Positions 17,885 through 32,158 of a stretch of 64,000 nt of DNA are shown here, piece by piece; position 1 is the first letter of the stretch; each line of letters begins with the position of its first letter. The notes under the pieces are model-generated. The model was not told the origin of the DNA and did not search any database. It was given only the letters and a program-made list of their open reading frames with translations. Origin of the DNA: Oscillospiraceae bacterium (GTDB taxonomy: Bacteria > Bacillota > Clostridia > Oscillospirales > Oscillospiraceae). The DNA lies in NCBI GenBank assembly GCA_022799035.1, contig JAAWNQ010000009.1, positions 289 to 64,288 on the forward strand, in the 5' to 3' direction. Made by a program: the position numbers and the translations under genes.

Positions 17885-18676
17885 CTACGCCAGCTCCAGC
17901 TTGGCGCCTTGGGACTCCAAACGCTCCCGCTTCTCCGGGGCAAGCCCCCGGTCGGTGATGATCCAGTCTATCTCCGCAAGGCGGCAGACCTGGACCGGGG
18001 CCGCCTGTTCAAACTTGGTATGGTCGGCCAGAAGCACCACCCGTTTGCCCGCCCGGACGATGTTCCGCTTGATCCCGGCTTCAAAGAATCCGGTGTTGGA
18101 CACTCCGAAGTCACCGCTCACCGCGTCGGCGGTGAGGAAGGCGGTGTCCACCCGAAGCTGGCTGATAAAGTCCTCCACCATGCCCCCGATCAGAACCTTT
18201 TGGTTGGTCCGCTTCAATCCCCCTGTGAGGACCACGGTGGTGGTGGGATCAAACTCCACGTTGGCCGCCAGATAAAGGTCGTGGGTGATGACGGTAAGGC
18301 CCTTTTTCTCCGCCAGACACAGGGCGAGCTGGTAGGCGGTGGTGCCCGAGTCCAGGATGACCACATCCCCCTCCGACACGTACCGGGCGGCGGCTTGGGC
18401 GATGCACCGCTTCTCCTCCAGCTGGAGGCTCATTTTCTCGTCATAGACCCGCTCGAACATGCTCTTTTCCTGGGGGAAGATGGCCCCTCCGTGGGTCCGC
18501 TTTACCAGTCCCCGGGCGGCCAGGTCGTCCAGGTCCCTGCGGATGGTGGATTCGGATACGTGGAACAGGAGGGCCAGGTCCCTGATGGACACGCTGCCCC
18601 GCTCCTGAACACAGCGCAGCACGTTTTGCAGACGATCCTCCGGGATCGGGTAGTCGGGCAATTGCTTTTCCCTCAT
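17885..18676 (-). CDS. DeoR/GlpR family transcriptional regulator
   Basis: VSESTIRRDLDDL, RTHGGA, ILDSGTT, LADHTKF; ATG 18676 after GGGAGAGG. Confidence 0.92.
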   Translation of the reverse strand: MREKQLPDYPIPEDRLQNVLRCVQERGSVSIRDLALLFHVSESTIRRDLDDLAARGLVKRTHGGAIFPQEKSMFERVYDEKMSLQLEEKRCIAQAAARYVSEGDVVILDSGTTAYQLALCLAEKKGLTVITHDLYLAANVEFDPTTTVVLTGGLKRTNQKVLIGGMVEDFISQLRVDTAFLTADAVSGDFGVSNTGFFEAGIKRNIVRAGKRVVLLADHTKFEQAAPVQVCRLAEIDWIITDRGLAPEKRERLESQGAKLELA

Positions 18677-18991
18677 GCTCTCACCTCTCCCTCCGATTAT
18701 ACCGCAGGGTGGAATATTTTGCAATCATTTTTTGATTCTTCCATAAATCTATCATATTCTTCCACACAGTTTGCAAGCAGAGGCAAAAAGGCCCCCGCCC
18801 TTGGCTTTGACGGGCCTGTTTTCCTCTGTGGGCGGAAGGCAGGGACCCCTTTTCCCCTCTTTTTGACCAAACCGTGAAAAAGAAGACAATGAAAATTTAT
18901 GATTTTCGTAAAATTTGGATTTACTCCTTTCTCATTTTATGCTATGATACAGTTACGAAATTTTGGGATATATTTCAAAGGAAGTTGAGCT

Positions 18992-19417
18992 ATGAAGATC
19001 CAGCAGGCCACCAAGCGGGAGACCTTACATATCGCTCTGGGGACCCTCTGCTTCTCCGCCGTCCTGCAGCTGGCATTTTTCCTGCTGGGCCGGTGGGAGC
19101 CAGGGGTGCTGTGGGGCAATCTTTTGGGGGGCGGCTACGCCGTTGTGAACTTCTTCGCCCTTGGGCTTACGGTCCAGAAGATGGCCGCCGACCCCAACGA
19201 GAAGCGGGGAAAGTTGACCATGCAGGTGTCCTACACTCTGCGGATGCTCTTTACCGTTTTTGTGGTGGTGCTGGCCATCAAGCTGCCCGGGGTATACTGG
19301 CCCGCGGCGGTGATCCCCCTGTTTTTCCCCCGTTTGACCATCCTTACCATGCAGCTTCTGGGGATGTACAAGCCCCCCAGGGCAGAAAATGAAAAAGGAG
19401 GCGATGATCCGGTATGA
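18992..19417 (+). CDS. atpI: ATP synthase protein I (AtpI-like, 4 TM)
   Basis: Hydrophobic 141 aa, first gene of atp operon, overlaps atpB start. Confidence 0.7.
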   Translation: MKIQQATKRETLHIALGTLCFSAVLQLAFFLLGRWEPGVLWGNLLGGGYAVVNFFALGLTVQKMAADPNEKRGKLTMQVSYTLRMLFTVFVVVLAIKLPGVYWPAAVIPLFFPRLTILTMQLLGMYKPPRAENEKGGDDPV

Positions 19418-20160
19418 ACGTGGATATTACCGGCGCCCGCATCTATTGGACCATTCCTGTTTTAGGCGGTATCCCCATCACCGCCACCATCGTCAACGCC
19501 ACCATTGTTTCTCTGGCGGTGCTGGCGGCCTGTATCTTCCTCACCCGGGACCTTCAGGTCCGCTCGGTGAGCAAGCGGCAGGTGGTGGCTGAGTTTTTGG
19601 TGGAGACCGCCCAGAATTTTGTCAACGGGAACATGGGGGAGCGTTTTGCCTACTACGGCCCCTTCGTGGCGGCCCTGTTCGCCTCCTCCATCTTCGGCAG
19701 TCTGCTCAGTCTGCTGGGCATGTTCCCCCCCACCAGCGACCTTTCCACCACGGGGGCCTGGGCGGTGATGGTGTTCGTGCTCATCACCTACACCAAGATC
19801 AAAACCGGCGGCCTGGGCGGCTATCTGAAGGGCTTTACCCAACCCATCCCGGTGCTTACCCCCTTCAATGTGCTCTCCGAGCTGGCTACCCCCATCTCCA
19901 TGGCCTTCCGTCACTTCGGCAACGTGGTCTCGGGCAGCGTCATCTCCACCCTGGTCTACGCGGCCCTGGCCTCGGCCTCCCACGCCATCCTGTCCTGGCT
20001 GCCGGGGGCCTTGGGGGATATCCTGGGGGTCATCCCCATCCTGCAGGTGGGTATCCCGGCGGTGCTCAGCGTGTACTTTGACCTTTTCTCCAGCGCCATG
20101 CAGGCCTTTATCTTCTGCATGCTCACCACCCTCTATATCGCCAACGCGGCGGAGGAATGA
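19414..20160 (+). CDS. atpB: F0 subunit a
   Basis: PPTSDLSTT, PISMAFRHFGNV, QAFIFCMLT. Confidence 0.95.
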   Translation: MNVDITGARIYWTIPVLGGIPITATIVNATIVSLAVLAACIFLTRDLQVRSVSKRQVVAEFLVETAQNFVNGNMGERFAYYGPFVAALFASSIFGSLLSLLGMFPPTSDLSTTGAWAVMVFVLITYTKIKTGGLGGYLKGFTQPIPVLTPFNVLSELATPISMAFRHFGNVVSGSVISTLVYAALASASHAILSWLPGALGDILGVIPILQVGIPAVLSVYFDLFSSAMQAFIFCMLTTLYIANAAEE

Positions 20161-20189
20161 TCCCGTTTTCTGACGCCCTTGGGCGCTGA

Positions 20190-20492
<303 letters not shown>

Positions 20493-20540
20493 GAACCAGG
20501 GGAGAGACGGGCCTCTGCCCGTCCATAAGGAGGAGACAGT

Positions 20541-21040
20541 ATGAAGGAATTTCAAGATCTTGTCACCCTCGCCCCGTGGACGTTCATCTTCCAGATCTGC
20601 AACCTGCTGATTTTGACAGCGGGGGTCAAGCACTTCCTCTTTGAGCCGGTACAGAAGGTCCTGCAAAAGCGGAAGGAGCAGGTGGAGGATACATACGCCA
20701 CCGCGGAGAAGGCGGAGGGTGAGGCCCTGGCCATGAAGGAGGAGTGCGAAAAGCGGCTCTCCGGTGCCAGGGACGAGGCTTCCGAGATCGTCAAGACCGC
20801 CACCGTCCGGGCCACCGCCCGGACCGAGGAGATGATGACCGCCGCCCGCGCGGAGGTGGCCGCCCTCAAGACCAAGGCGGATCAGGAGATCGAGAGCGAG
20901 CGGCGCAAGGCCGCCGGGGAGCTGAAAAACGACATCTCCGAGCTGGTGCTGGACATCGCCGGGAAGGTGGTGGAGAAGGAGATCGACCCCGCCACCCACA
21001 AGGACCTGATCGACGACTTCATCAGCCGGGTAGGTGACGA

Positions 21041-21044
<4 letters not shown>
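20541..21044 (+). CDS. atpF: F0 subunit b
   Basis: N-terminal TM, FLFEPV..L..R, coiled coil. Confidence 0.93.
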
Positions 21045-23123
<2,079 letters not shown>

Positions 23124-23140
23124 GAAGGAGGTGAGGCCCC

Positions 23141-25419
<2,279 letters not shown>

Positions 25420-25443
25420 AGCCAAGGGAAAGGAAGTTTTCCT

Positions 25444-25839
25444 ATGCCGACCTTTCATTTGCAGATCGTGACCCCTGACGGGGGCTTTTACGACGGGGAC
25501 GCGGAAAAGCTGATCGTCCGCGCCCTGGGGGGGGATGTGTGCATCCTGCCCCGCCATGCCCCCTACGTCACCGCCCTGGGAGCTGGAGAAGCCATGGTGG
25601 TCATTGACGGTCAGCGGCGAAACGCCGCCTGCGCCGGGGGGATGCTGGCTGTCACCCAGGACGACGTGCGCCTGGTGGCCACCACCTTCGAGTGGGCCGA
25701 GGACATTGACAAGGACCGGGCCAAACGGGCCAAGGAGGAGGCCGAGCGCCGCATCCAGTCCGCCCGGGACGCCCACGAGCTGGAGATGGCCAAGGCCAAG
25801 CTTTCCCGCGCCCTGGCCCGGATCAAGGCCGCCGGATAA
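25444..25839 (+). CDS. atpC: F1 subunit epsilon
   Basis: LQIVTPD, ILPRHAP, C-terminal helices. Confidence 0.96.
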   Translation: MPTFHLQIVTPDGGFYDGDAEKLIVRALGGDVCILPRHAPYVTALGAGEAMVVIDGQRRNAACAGGMLAVTQDDVRLVATTFEWAEDIDKDRAKRAKEEAERRIQSARDAHELEMAKAKLSRALARIKAAG

Positions 25840-25857
25840 GGGGACTTTTCCACAGAA

Positions 25858-25897
25858 TAAAAAAGGGAGAAACGCCAACGCGTTTCTCCCTTTTTTA
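25858..25897. terminator. Bidirectional terminator after atpC
   Basis: aaaaaagggagaaacgc/gcgtttctccctttttt. Confidence 0.85.
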
Positions 25898-25940
25898 TCC
25901 ACAGCCCCTTTCCATGGGGCCACCCCCCCTTGTCTCCGCC

Positions 25941-26736
25941 TCAGGGAAAGAAAAACCCGGCCGTCATGTCCAGATAATTTTCTCCCCCATATCCGGGAAA
26001 CCTCTCCCGCACCGCCTTCCGGAATTCCTCCCTGCCTCTGCAGCGGCCCGCCAGGGTCCTTACCTCCCGCAGATACTCCAGCTTTTGGACCACATCCCTC
26101 CGGTCCTCCGGGGTGTGATGGGAGGTGAGGATCAGGGTGAACCCCCGGTCAAGATAGCCCTTCAACTGGGTCTCCATAGCCTCCGCCCCCTGGACCCCGG
26201 GGATGATGGAGTGGCAGTCGTGGCCCAGCATGTGGGTATAGACCGCCCCCATCTCCGGAATGGCGATGTCAAAGGCCTCGTTGGTGGGAATGACCTCCAG
26301 CTCCACCCCGCCTATGACTGTCCGCCCCGGCTCCAAAAGATGGGTAACGGTATAGATCCTGTTGTCAAAGGCCGCCCCAAAAACCTGAGCAAACTGGTCG
26401 ATCAGGGCCTTTCCCCCGCCGGCATGGCCGTACCCGGGCCTCAGGGGTGGCGTACACCCGGACCCCCTCGCAAAACCCGGCCCCCGCCATATGGTAGGCG
26501 GCCACCACCCCAGCCACAGTCAGCCCCGACTCCCTCAGATATTCCTCCAAGGCGGCTATACTCTCCCGGAAGCAGGGCGGCTCGATCACCACCGCCCGGC
26601 CCTCCCTCTCCACCACCAGGGTCTGATCGTTGATGGGGTCCCCGGTCTCATAGGCGTGGAGCTTGGCTGTGCCGAAATCATAGACCCGCATCACTCCCAC
26701 GCTCATGGGCCGGGTCCGGCAGTCGTTTTTGTTCAT
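25941..26736 (-). pseudogene. Frameshifted hypothetical gene (degenerate MBL-fold-like), split near 26433
   Basis: ORF from ATG 26736 (AGGAGG RBS) reads ...YATPEAR; shifting one base at GCC CGG G TAC continues YGHAGGGKALIDQFAQVFGAAFDNRIYTVTHLLEPG into ORF 25941..26336. Could be a sequencing error. Confidence 0.65.
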
Positions 26737-26920
26737 GCTGTTCTCCTCCTGTGGAATATTGGGAGCTTCCGCTCCCTTCCCCTCCATCCTACCGCCTCCC
26801 CCTTCCTTTGTAAAGTACGCACTTTTTTATGCCTAAGTCACCTTTTGGTAACCTATTGACCCTCTTTACCTCATCCGTTATAATGGATGGGACCAGTCTG
26901 AAAAAGGGAGGTGGACCTAT

Positions 26921-27241
26921 ATGACCAGGGAGGAACTGCCCTCCTGCCCTGTGGCCGCCACCGTGGCCCTGATTGGCAGCAAGTGGAAGCTGCTGATCCT
27001 CCGGAACCTTCTCCTCCGCCCCTGGCGGTTCAACGAGCTGAAACGGGACCTGGAGGGCGTGAGCCAGAAGGTCCTCACCGACTCTCTCCGGGCTTTGGAG
27101 GCCGACGGGATCCTCACCCGTACCCTCTATCCGGAGGTGCCTCCCCGGGTGGAATACGCCCTCACCGACCTGGGCCGCAGTCTGAAGCCCATCCTGGACG
27201 CCATGGAGGCCTGGGGGAGTAGCTACCAGAAGCGCTTTTGA
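26921..27241 (+). CDS. HxlR/DUF24 winged-helix regulator
   Basis: CPVAATVALIGSKWKLLIL, RFNELKR, YPEVPPRVEYALT. Confidence 0.92.
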   Translation: MTREELPSCPVAATVALIGSKWKLLILRNLLLRPWRFNELKRDLEGVSQKVLTDSLRALEADGILTRTLYPEVPPRVEYALTDLGRSLKPILDAMEAWGSSYQKRF

Positions 27242-27351
27242 ACCAGACCTCCCGGCAATTTGGCACCCTTTTCCTATCCAAATCGTAATAATTTATCGGT
27301 TTATTTCTATTTGTTTTACCAGGATCCCTTCTTTTTTACCGCCAAAACAAA

Positions 27352-27383
27352 AACGGGAACGCTTTCAAAAAAGCGTTCCCGTT
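27352..27383. terminator. Terminator hairpin between hxlR and tatC
   Basis: aacgggaacgctt/aagcgttcccgtt stem. Confidence 0.7.
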
Positions 27384-27384
27384 C

Positions 27385-28170
27385 TTATTCCTCTGTCTCC
27401 TCTTCCCCGTCCTCCTCCGGCTTTTTCCGCCGGAATTTCATCAGGACCCAGCACAGGAGGATGCTGAACTGGTAAAGGAGCATCATGGGGACAGCCACCA
27501 TGATCTGGGATACGATATCCGGGGGCGTGATCACCGCCGCGACGAAGAAGATGATCACGACAACCACCTTACGGGCCTTCTTCATCCATTCCACCTTCAC
27601 CAATCCCAACTGGGTCAGCAGGACCGAGACCACCGGCAGCTCAAAGACGATGCCGAAGATCACAAAGATGGTAAGGAGAAAGGAGATGTAATTGTGGACT
27701 GAGATGGAGGCCGTGATACCGCTGCCCTCCTTGATGCCGATAAGAAACTCCAGCATGAAGGGGAGCATCAGCTTATAGGCAAAATAGACTCCGCCCACAA
27801 AGCAGATCAGCCCAAAACAGATAGCCAGCACATAGAGAATGTTCTCCCTGGCCTTCAATCCCGGCCGGATAAAGGCCCACACCTGGAACAGGATCACCGG
27901 CAGGGTAACGCAGATGGCCGCCACCAAGGCCACCCCAAAGTGCTCCATCAGCAGCTCCTGGGGGGAGAGGTACACATACCGGTAACCGTAGGTTTTTCCG
28001 ATATCCGTAAGCAGTTTGACGATATCGGCGGCAAAATAGAGGCACACCGTAAAGACCGCCACCAGACACCCCACGCATACCATCAGCCGGTTGCGAAGCT
28101 CCTTCAGGTGGCCGGACAGGGCCATGGTCTTGCCGTCCTGCTCCGCCTTTTTCTTCCGATTTTTTCCCAT
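27385..28170 (-). CDS. tatC: Twin-arginine translocase TatC
   Basis: MALSGHLKELRNRL, FQVWAFIRPGL, FELPVV, AAVITPPD. Confidence 0.95.
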   Translation of the reverse strand: MGKNRKKKAEQDGKTMALSGHLKELRNRLMVCVGCLVAVFTVCLYFAADIVKLLTDIGKTYGYRYVYLSPQELLMEHFGVALVAAICVTLPVILFQVWAFIRPGLKARENILYVLAICFGLICFVGGVYFAYKLMLPFMLEFLIGIKEGSGITASISVHNYISFLLTIFVIFGIVFELPVVSVLLTQLGLVKVEWMKKARKVVVVIIFFVAAVITPPDIVSQIMVAVPMMLLYQFSILLCWVLMKFRRKKPEEDGEEETEE

Positions 28171-28340
28171 TATTCCTCGTTCTTGTCCTTCTTCTCTCCG
28201 TCCTCATCCTCGCTCATACCGGCCCGAAGATTTTTGATGCTCTTTCCCATCATCTTGGTCAGCTTGGGGATCTGGGTGGGGCCAAAGATCACGATGACCA
28301 CCGCCAGGACGATGAGCAGTTCCGTTGTGGAAATCCGCAT
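28170..28340 (-). CDS. tatA: Twin-arginine translocase TatA (56 aa, below ORF-track cutoff)
   Basis: Hand-translated MRISTTELLIVLAVVIVIFGPTQIPKLTKMMGKSIKNLRAG...; AGGAGG RBS; stop overlaps tatC ATG. Confidence 0.88.
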   Translation of the reverse strand: MRISTTELLIVLAVVIVIFGPTQIPKLTKMMGKSIKNLRAGMSEDEDGEKKDKNEE

Positions 28341-28406
28341 GGTTCGTTCCTCCTACTTTTTTGATTGTTTCCAGTTTATCATTTTTGTTACCACTTTGTA
28401 ACCGGT

Positions 28407-28862
28407 TTATCCCGCAGTTTGGGCCTCCTCGGGCTGGGGCTCCTCCGTCCCGCCGGAGGGCTCCTCCGGGGCGGGTTCCTCCCCGGGGGTGGAGTCCTGG
28501 GCGGGCGCTTCCGCCGCCTGGGGGGCTTCGGGCCCCTCCTCTTTTGCCGGCTCCTCCTTGGAGGGAACCTTTTTCTCCGACTGACCCAGATCGGTGAAGG
28601 ACTTTTTGATCTCCTTCACGCTGCCCTCCACCTCATCCTTTAGCTCGGTGATGGGCTCCATGGCCTCCCGCAGGGGCTTCTGGGCTTCCTCCAGGGGCTC
28701 GATAACGCTCTCCCGGATGTCCTTGGTGGCCTCGGAGGAGACCTTTCGGAACTCCTTCAGCGCCTCCCCCAGCTTTTTGGCGTAGTAGGGCATCTTATCC
28801 GGTCCCAGGACCAGCAGAGCCACCGCCAGGATCACCAGGATCTCGGTAAATCCGATTCTCAA
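28407..28862 (-). CDS. tatB: TatB-like subunit with acidic Pro/Ala tail
   Basis: TTG start; GFTEILVILAVALLVLGPDKMP..AKKLG..LKEFRK. Confidence 0.75.
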   Translation of the reverse strand: MRIGFTEILVILAVALLVLGPDKMPYYAKKLGEALKEFRKVSSEATKDIRESVIEPLEEAQKPLREAMEPITELKDEVEGSVKEIKKSFTDLGQSEKKVPSKEEPAKEEGPEAPQAAEAPAQDSTPGEEPAPEEPSGGTEEPQPEEAQTAG

Positions 28863-28976
28863 CCCTTCTTCCCTTCCTTCTTATCCCTTGTGAAAATATC
28901 TTCATAGCGTATTTACTATGATACCATATCCCGCTGAAATGTCAACAAAAAGAGAGGGGACCAATCCTCCGCCCTG

Positions 28977-29011
28977 AAAAGACCCCGCAGGTCAAAAAGA
29001 CCTGCGGGGTC
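28977..29011 (-). terminator. Terminator after flavoprotein 1
   Basis: 13-bp stem gaccccgcaggtc/gacctgcggggtc, A4 tract. Confidence 0.75.
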
Positions 29012-29027
29012 CCTCTGTGTCCTTTGG

Positions 29028-31043
29028 TCAGCCGTCGATACCGGCGGCCACCTTTACCGCCTTGATGGCGTAGGTCATGTTCCGGCCCATGGCGATGCCC
29101 GCCATAAGGCAGGGGTAGTTGTTGACAAAGAAACCGCCGGCGTTGTCGCCGCAGACGAAGAGACCCTCGATGGGCTCCCGGTTCTCATCCACCACCCGGC
29201 CATTCTCATCACAGAGAAGGCCCTGCTCAGTGGTCAGCAGGCATGCACCCATCCAGAAGCTGTAATAGGGGCCCTGCTTTAGGGCGGACAGGCGGTAGGC
29301 GGGCTTGCCGAAGTCCACATCCTCCTGATTCTCGTAAAGCTCGTTATACCGAGCGCAGGTGGCAAGGAAGGTCTCCTTGTCCTTGCCGGAAAAACCCATC
29401 TTGTCCGCCAACTCCTCCAGGGTATCGGCTTTGAAGGCGTTGCCCTTCTGGATCTGACCATCGATCATCTCCAGAGTGCGCTCCCGACTGCCGTTGCGGG
29501 TACCGGCGGAGCAGCCGATGGTATGGAAACGCTGCACATCGTCAAAGAAGTTATCGTCAAAGACGATGGCATACACACCGCCGGGCTGGTTGTAAGCGGC
29601 GTAGCTCATCATGTCGTAAGTGCCGGACTCGTTGGTAAAGCGCTCGCCCCGGCGGTTGACCTTCAGGAAGGGCTGGGAGCCAATGTTGAACTGCCCCTCG
29701 GGGGAAGGGAACACCCGGTCGCCGGTGGAGGTCTTCATATAGCCCGCGTCCACGCCGGGGGCGATGATACCCCGGTCAAAGAGCATGGGGGCGGCCTCCG
29801 CCTGCATGGCGGCTCCGGCCCAGACGCCGGCCTTGATGCCGTCGCCGGTGTCAGTGGGCCAGCCGTTGTTGTTTGCGGTGACGGCGGTGCCCTGAGGATC
29901 CAACTGCTCCATCATATCGGGGTTGTAGGGATAGCCGCCGCAGGCCAGCAGCACGCCCTTGGCGGCGTTGATGCGGATATACTTTCCGGTTTCGGTATTC
30001 TGGGCGATAACGCCGGTGACCTTACCGCCGGATCTCTCCAGCTTCACCAGGGTAGTATTGAAGTCAATGGGCACCCCGGCCTCCTCCTCAATGATCCTGC
30101 AGAAAATGGTGTTCCGGTCCACCTCACCAAAACCCCAAAAGTGCTCCTCCACGGGGAAGAAGAAACGACCGGTATCCTCCTCGGGCCAATGGGCCTCGTC
30201 CCCCACGGTGACATTCACCTTGGCATCGGGGAGATACTGGGCGTAGCAGTCCTTGATAAATTTGTGCATGGCGGCGGACTCGTTGAACCAGGTATCCCAC
30301 AGCTTTAGATTGGTCTTACCGGAGGAGAACCGCTTCAGCTCGTTACGCATGGCGGCCCGGTCCATGGGCTTTGCCCCGGCGGCCAGAGCGTCCTCAGAGT
30401 CACACACACCATACCAGCCCCGGACCCGGGCAGGGGCAGTCCCTTTCTCAATGATACGGAACTTCACGCCGTTCCTGGCGGCGTAGGCTCCGGCGCACAG
30501 ACCGCCGTTGCCCGCACCCACGATAAGGAAGTCGGTATCCCAGGTCTCGTCCACACCGGAAACCTCAGGCTCAGTACCCAGCCAGCCGGCGGGACCGTTT
30601 TCGGCGGAGTCACCCCCGGTGATGACCTCAACGGGAATCTCACCCTTGGCCTGCTGAATACACTTTCCGGCAGCCTCCATGACAGCCTTGGAGGTAAGGG
30701 TGGCGCCGGATACAGTATCAATTTCGTTGCTCTGCTTCTGCATGAGAGCAGCCTTAAGAGTCTCAGCGGCAGCCTGACCGTAATTCTCTGTCTCACCAGA
30801 CAGGTCCAGCACCACGTCGGTGATGGCGTCGGCGGAGAAGGTCATGGTCACCAAGATAGTGCTGACGGCTCCCTGGGCCTTGGAGGTATATGTACCGGGG
30901 GTGTAGAGGCCCTTCTGCTCCGGGGCGGAATTTTCCCCAGGGGTCTTACTGCCGCAGCCGGCCAGCATCCCCAGGGCGGCCATCCCCGCGGCGGCGCCGG
31001 CGCCCTTGATAAACTGGCGGCGGGAGAGTTCTTTTTTGCTCAT
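29028..31043 (-). CDS. Tat-exported lipoprotein flavoenzyme 1 (FMN-binding + FAD_binding_2, flavocytochrome-c/fumarate-reductase superfamily)
   Basis: SRRQFIK twin-Arg, LAGC lipobox, DTVSGAT flavinylation motif, GAGNGG, TGDG, GLFVCGD; ATG 31043 after AAAGGAGG. Confidence 0.9.
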   Translation of the reverse strand: MSKKELSRRQFIKGAGAAAGMAALGMLAGCGSKTPGENSAPEQKGLYTPGTYTSKAQGAVSTILVTMTFSADAITDVVLDLSGETENYGQAAAETLKAALMQKQSNEIDTVSGATLTSKAVMEAAGKCIQQAKGEIPVEVITGGDSAENGPAGWLGTEPEVSGVDETWDTDFLIVGAGNGGLCAGAYAARNGVKFRIIEKGTAPARVRGWYGVCDSEDALAAGAKPMDRAAMRNELKRFSSGKTNLKLWDTWFNESAAMHKFIKDCYAQYLPDAKVNVTVGDEAHWPEEDTGRFFFPVEEHFWGFGEVDRNTIFCRIIEEEAGVPIDFNTTLVKLERSGGKVTGVIAQNTETGKYIRINAAKGVLLACGGYPYNPDMMEQLDPQGTAVTANNNGWPTDTGDGIKAGVWAGAAMQAEAAPMLFDRGIIAPGVDAGYMKTSTGDRVFPSPEGQFNIGSQPFLKVNRRGERFTNESGTYDMMSYAAYNQPGGVYAIVFDDNFFDDVQRFHTIGCSAGTRNGSRERTLEMIDGQIQKGNAFKADTLEELADKMGFSGKDKETFLATCARYNELYENQEDVDFGKPAYRLSALKQGPYYSFWMGACLLTTEQGLLCDENGRVVDENREPIEGLFVCGDNAGGFFVNNYPCLMAGIAMGRNMTYAIKAVKVAAGIDG

Positions 31044-31186
31044 TCCTGTTTCCTCCTTTTCATTGTTGGGCTTTGGTTTTCTTTTTGCCATTGGATTATA
31101 TCAGCTTTACAAAGAGGAAAAAAGGAGATATAATTTTCACATAGCGCAAAAATTATTTGCGTTATGGGGAAGGGAGGACATAGGAA

Positions 31187-32086
31187 ATGGAGATCAACCA
31201 GCTTCGCTACTTTTTGAAAACTGCCCAAACGCTGAATTACAGCAGAGCAGCCCAGGAGCTGTTTACCTCCCGGCAGGCCCTGCGCCATACCCTGGGAACT
31301 TTGGAGCGGGAGCTGGGTCAGAGTCTGTTTTACAACGACCACAACAGGCTTACCCTCACCGAACACGGAGAGTATCTGCGCCAAGCCTTTCAGGGGCTGA
31401 TGGAGACCTTTGACGAGCAGGAGCGGAACATCAAGCTCCTGTTCCAGGGGCAGATCACCCTTCGAGTGGTCTTTTCGGTCAGCCTGTTTCCCTTTCATCT
31501 GCCCAACCTGGACGCCTATCTGGATGAGTTCCTGGAAAAGCACTCCCACATCCGACTGGACCAGGAGCGCCTTCCCGCCGATCAGGTGGTGGACACCGCC
31601 GAAGGGGGAGAGGTGGACCTGGCCTGTGTGCTTCAAATGCCCACACCCCGGCCTGGGTGCAGCGTGGCAGTCCTCCGGACCAGCCCGGTCAGTATAGGCT
31701 CCGGCCCCCAGTCCCCCCTTTTTGGCCGGAAGTCTGTTACCCCTGAGGAGCTGACCGCAGTCCCCCTGGTGGGGATGGGCAGCTTGGACAGGATCGCCAG
31801 ACCGCTGTGGGAGGACTGTGAACGGAGGGGGATCCGGCTGAACTACCGGGTGGTCCCCAGCGCCATTGAAGCCCTGTATCTGACTCAAAACAGCCTCTCC
31901 TCCTGCTTTAACACCTTTTTCAATACCAGGTCCAGCCCGGCCAGTCATTTTGACGAGCCAAGGGCCCATACCCGGCTGGAGGGATATGACTGGGAGCTGG
32001 CCGCCCTGTGTCCCCAGGGGCGGGAGAATCATTCCGCCGCCCGGCTTTTGGCGGAGTTCCTTCGGGAGAAATACAGGGGGAGATAA
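31187..32086 (+). CDS. LysR family regulator 1
   Basis: QLRYFLKTAQTLNYSRAAQELFTSRQAL...LERELG..LF..LTEHG. Confidence 0.92.
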   Translation: MEINQLRYFLKTAQTLNYSRAAQELFTSRQALRHTLGTLERELGQSLFYNDHNRLTLTEHGEYLRQAFQGLMETFDEQERNIKLLFQGQITLRVVFSVSLFPFHLPNLDAYLDEFLEKHSHIRLDQERLPADQVVDTAEGGEVDLACVLQMPTPRPGCSVAVLRTSPVSIGSGPQSPLFGRKSVTPEELTAVPLVGMGSLDRIARPLWEDCERRGIRLNYRVVPSAIEALYLTQNSLSSCFNTFFNTRSSPASHFDEPRAHTRLEGYDWELAALCPQGRENHSAARLLAEFLREKYRGR

Positions 32087-32093
32087 TGAGGAG

Positions 32094-32127
32094 AAAGGAT
32101 CCCGCCCGGGACTGGGCGGGATCCTTT
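32094..32127. terminator. Bidirectional terminator (LysR1 / flavoprotein 2)
   Basis: 14-bp stem aaaggatcccgccc/gggcgggatccttt. Confidence 0.8.
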
Positions 32128-32158
32128 TTCTATCCTTTCAGCCTTTTCTCAGAGGGGC

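Noticed and set aside
28888-28908. Rex-like site upstream of tatB (TTGTGAA...TTCATAG)
   Set aside because: Half-site spacing is 6 rather than 4 and the second half is poor.
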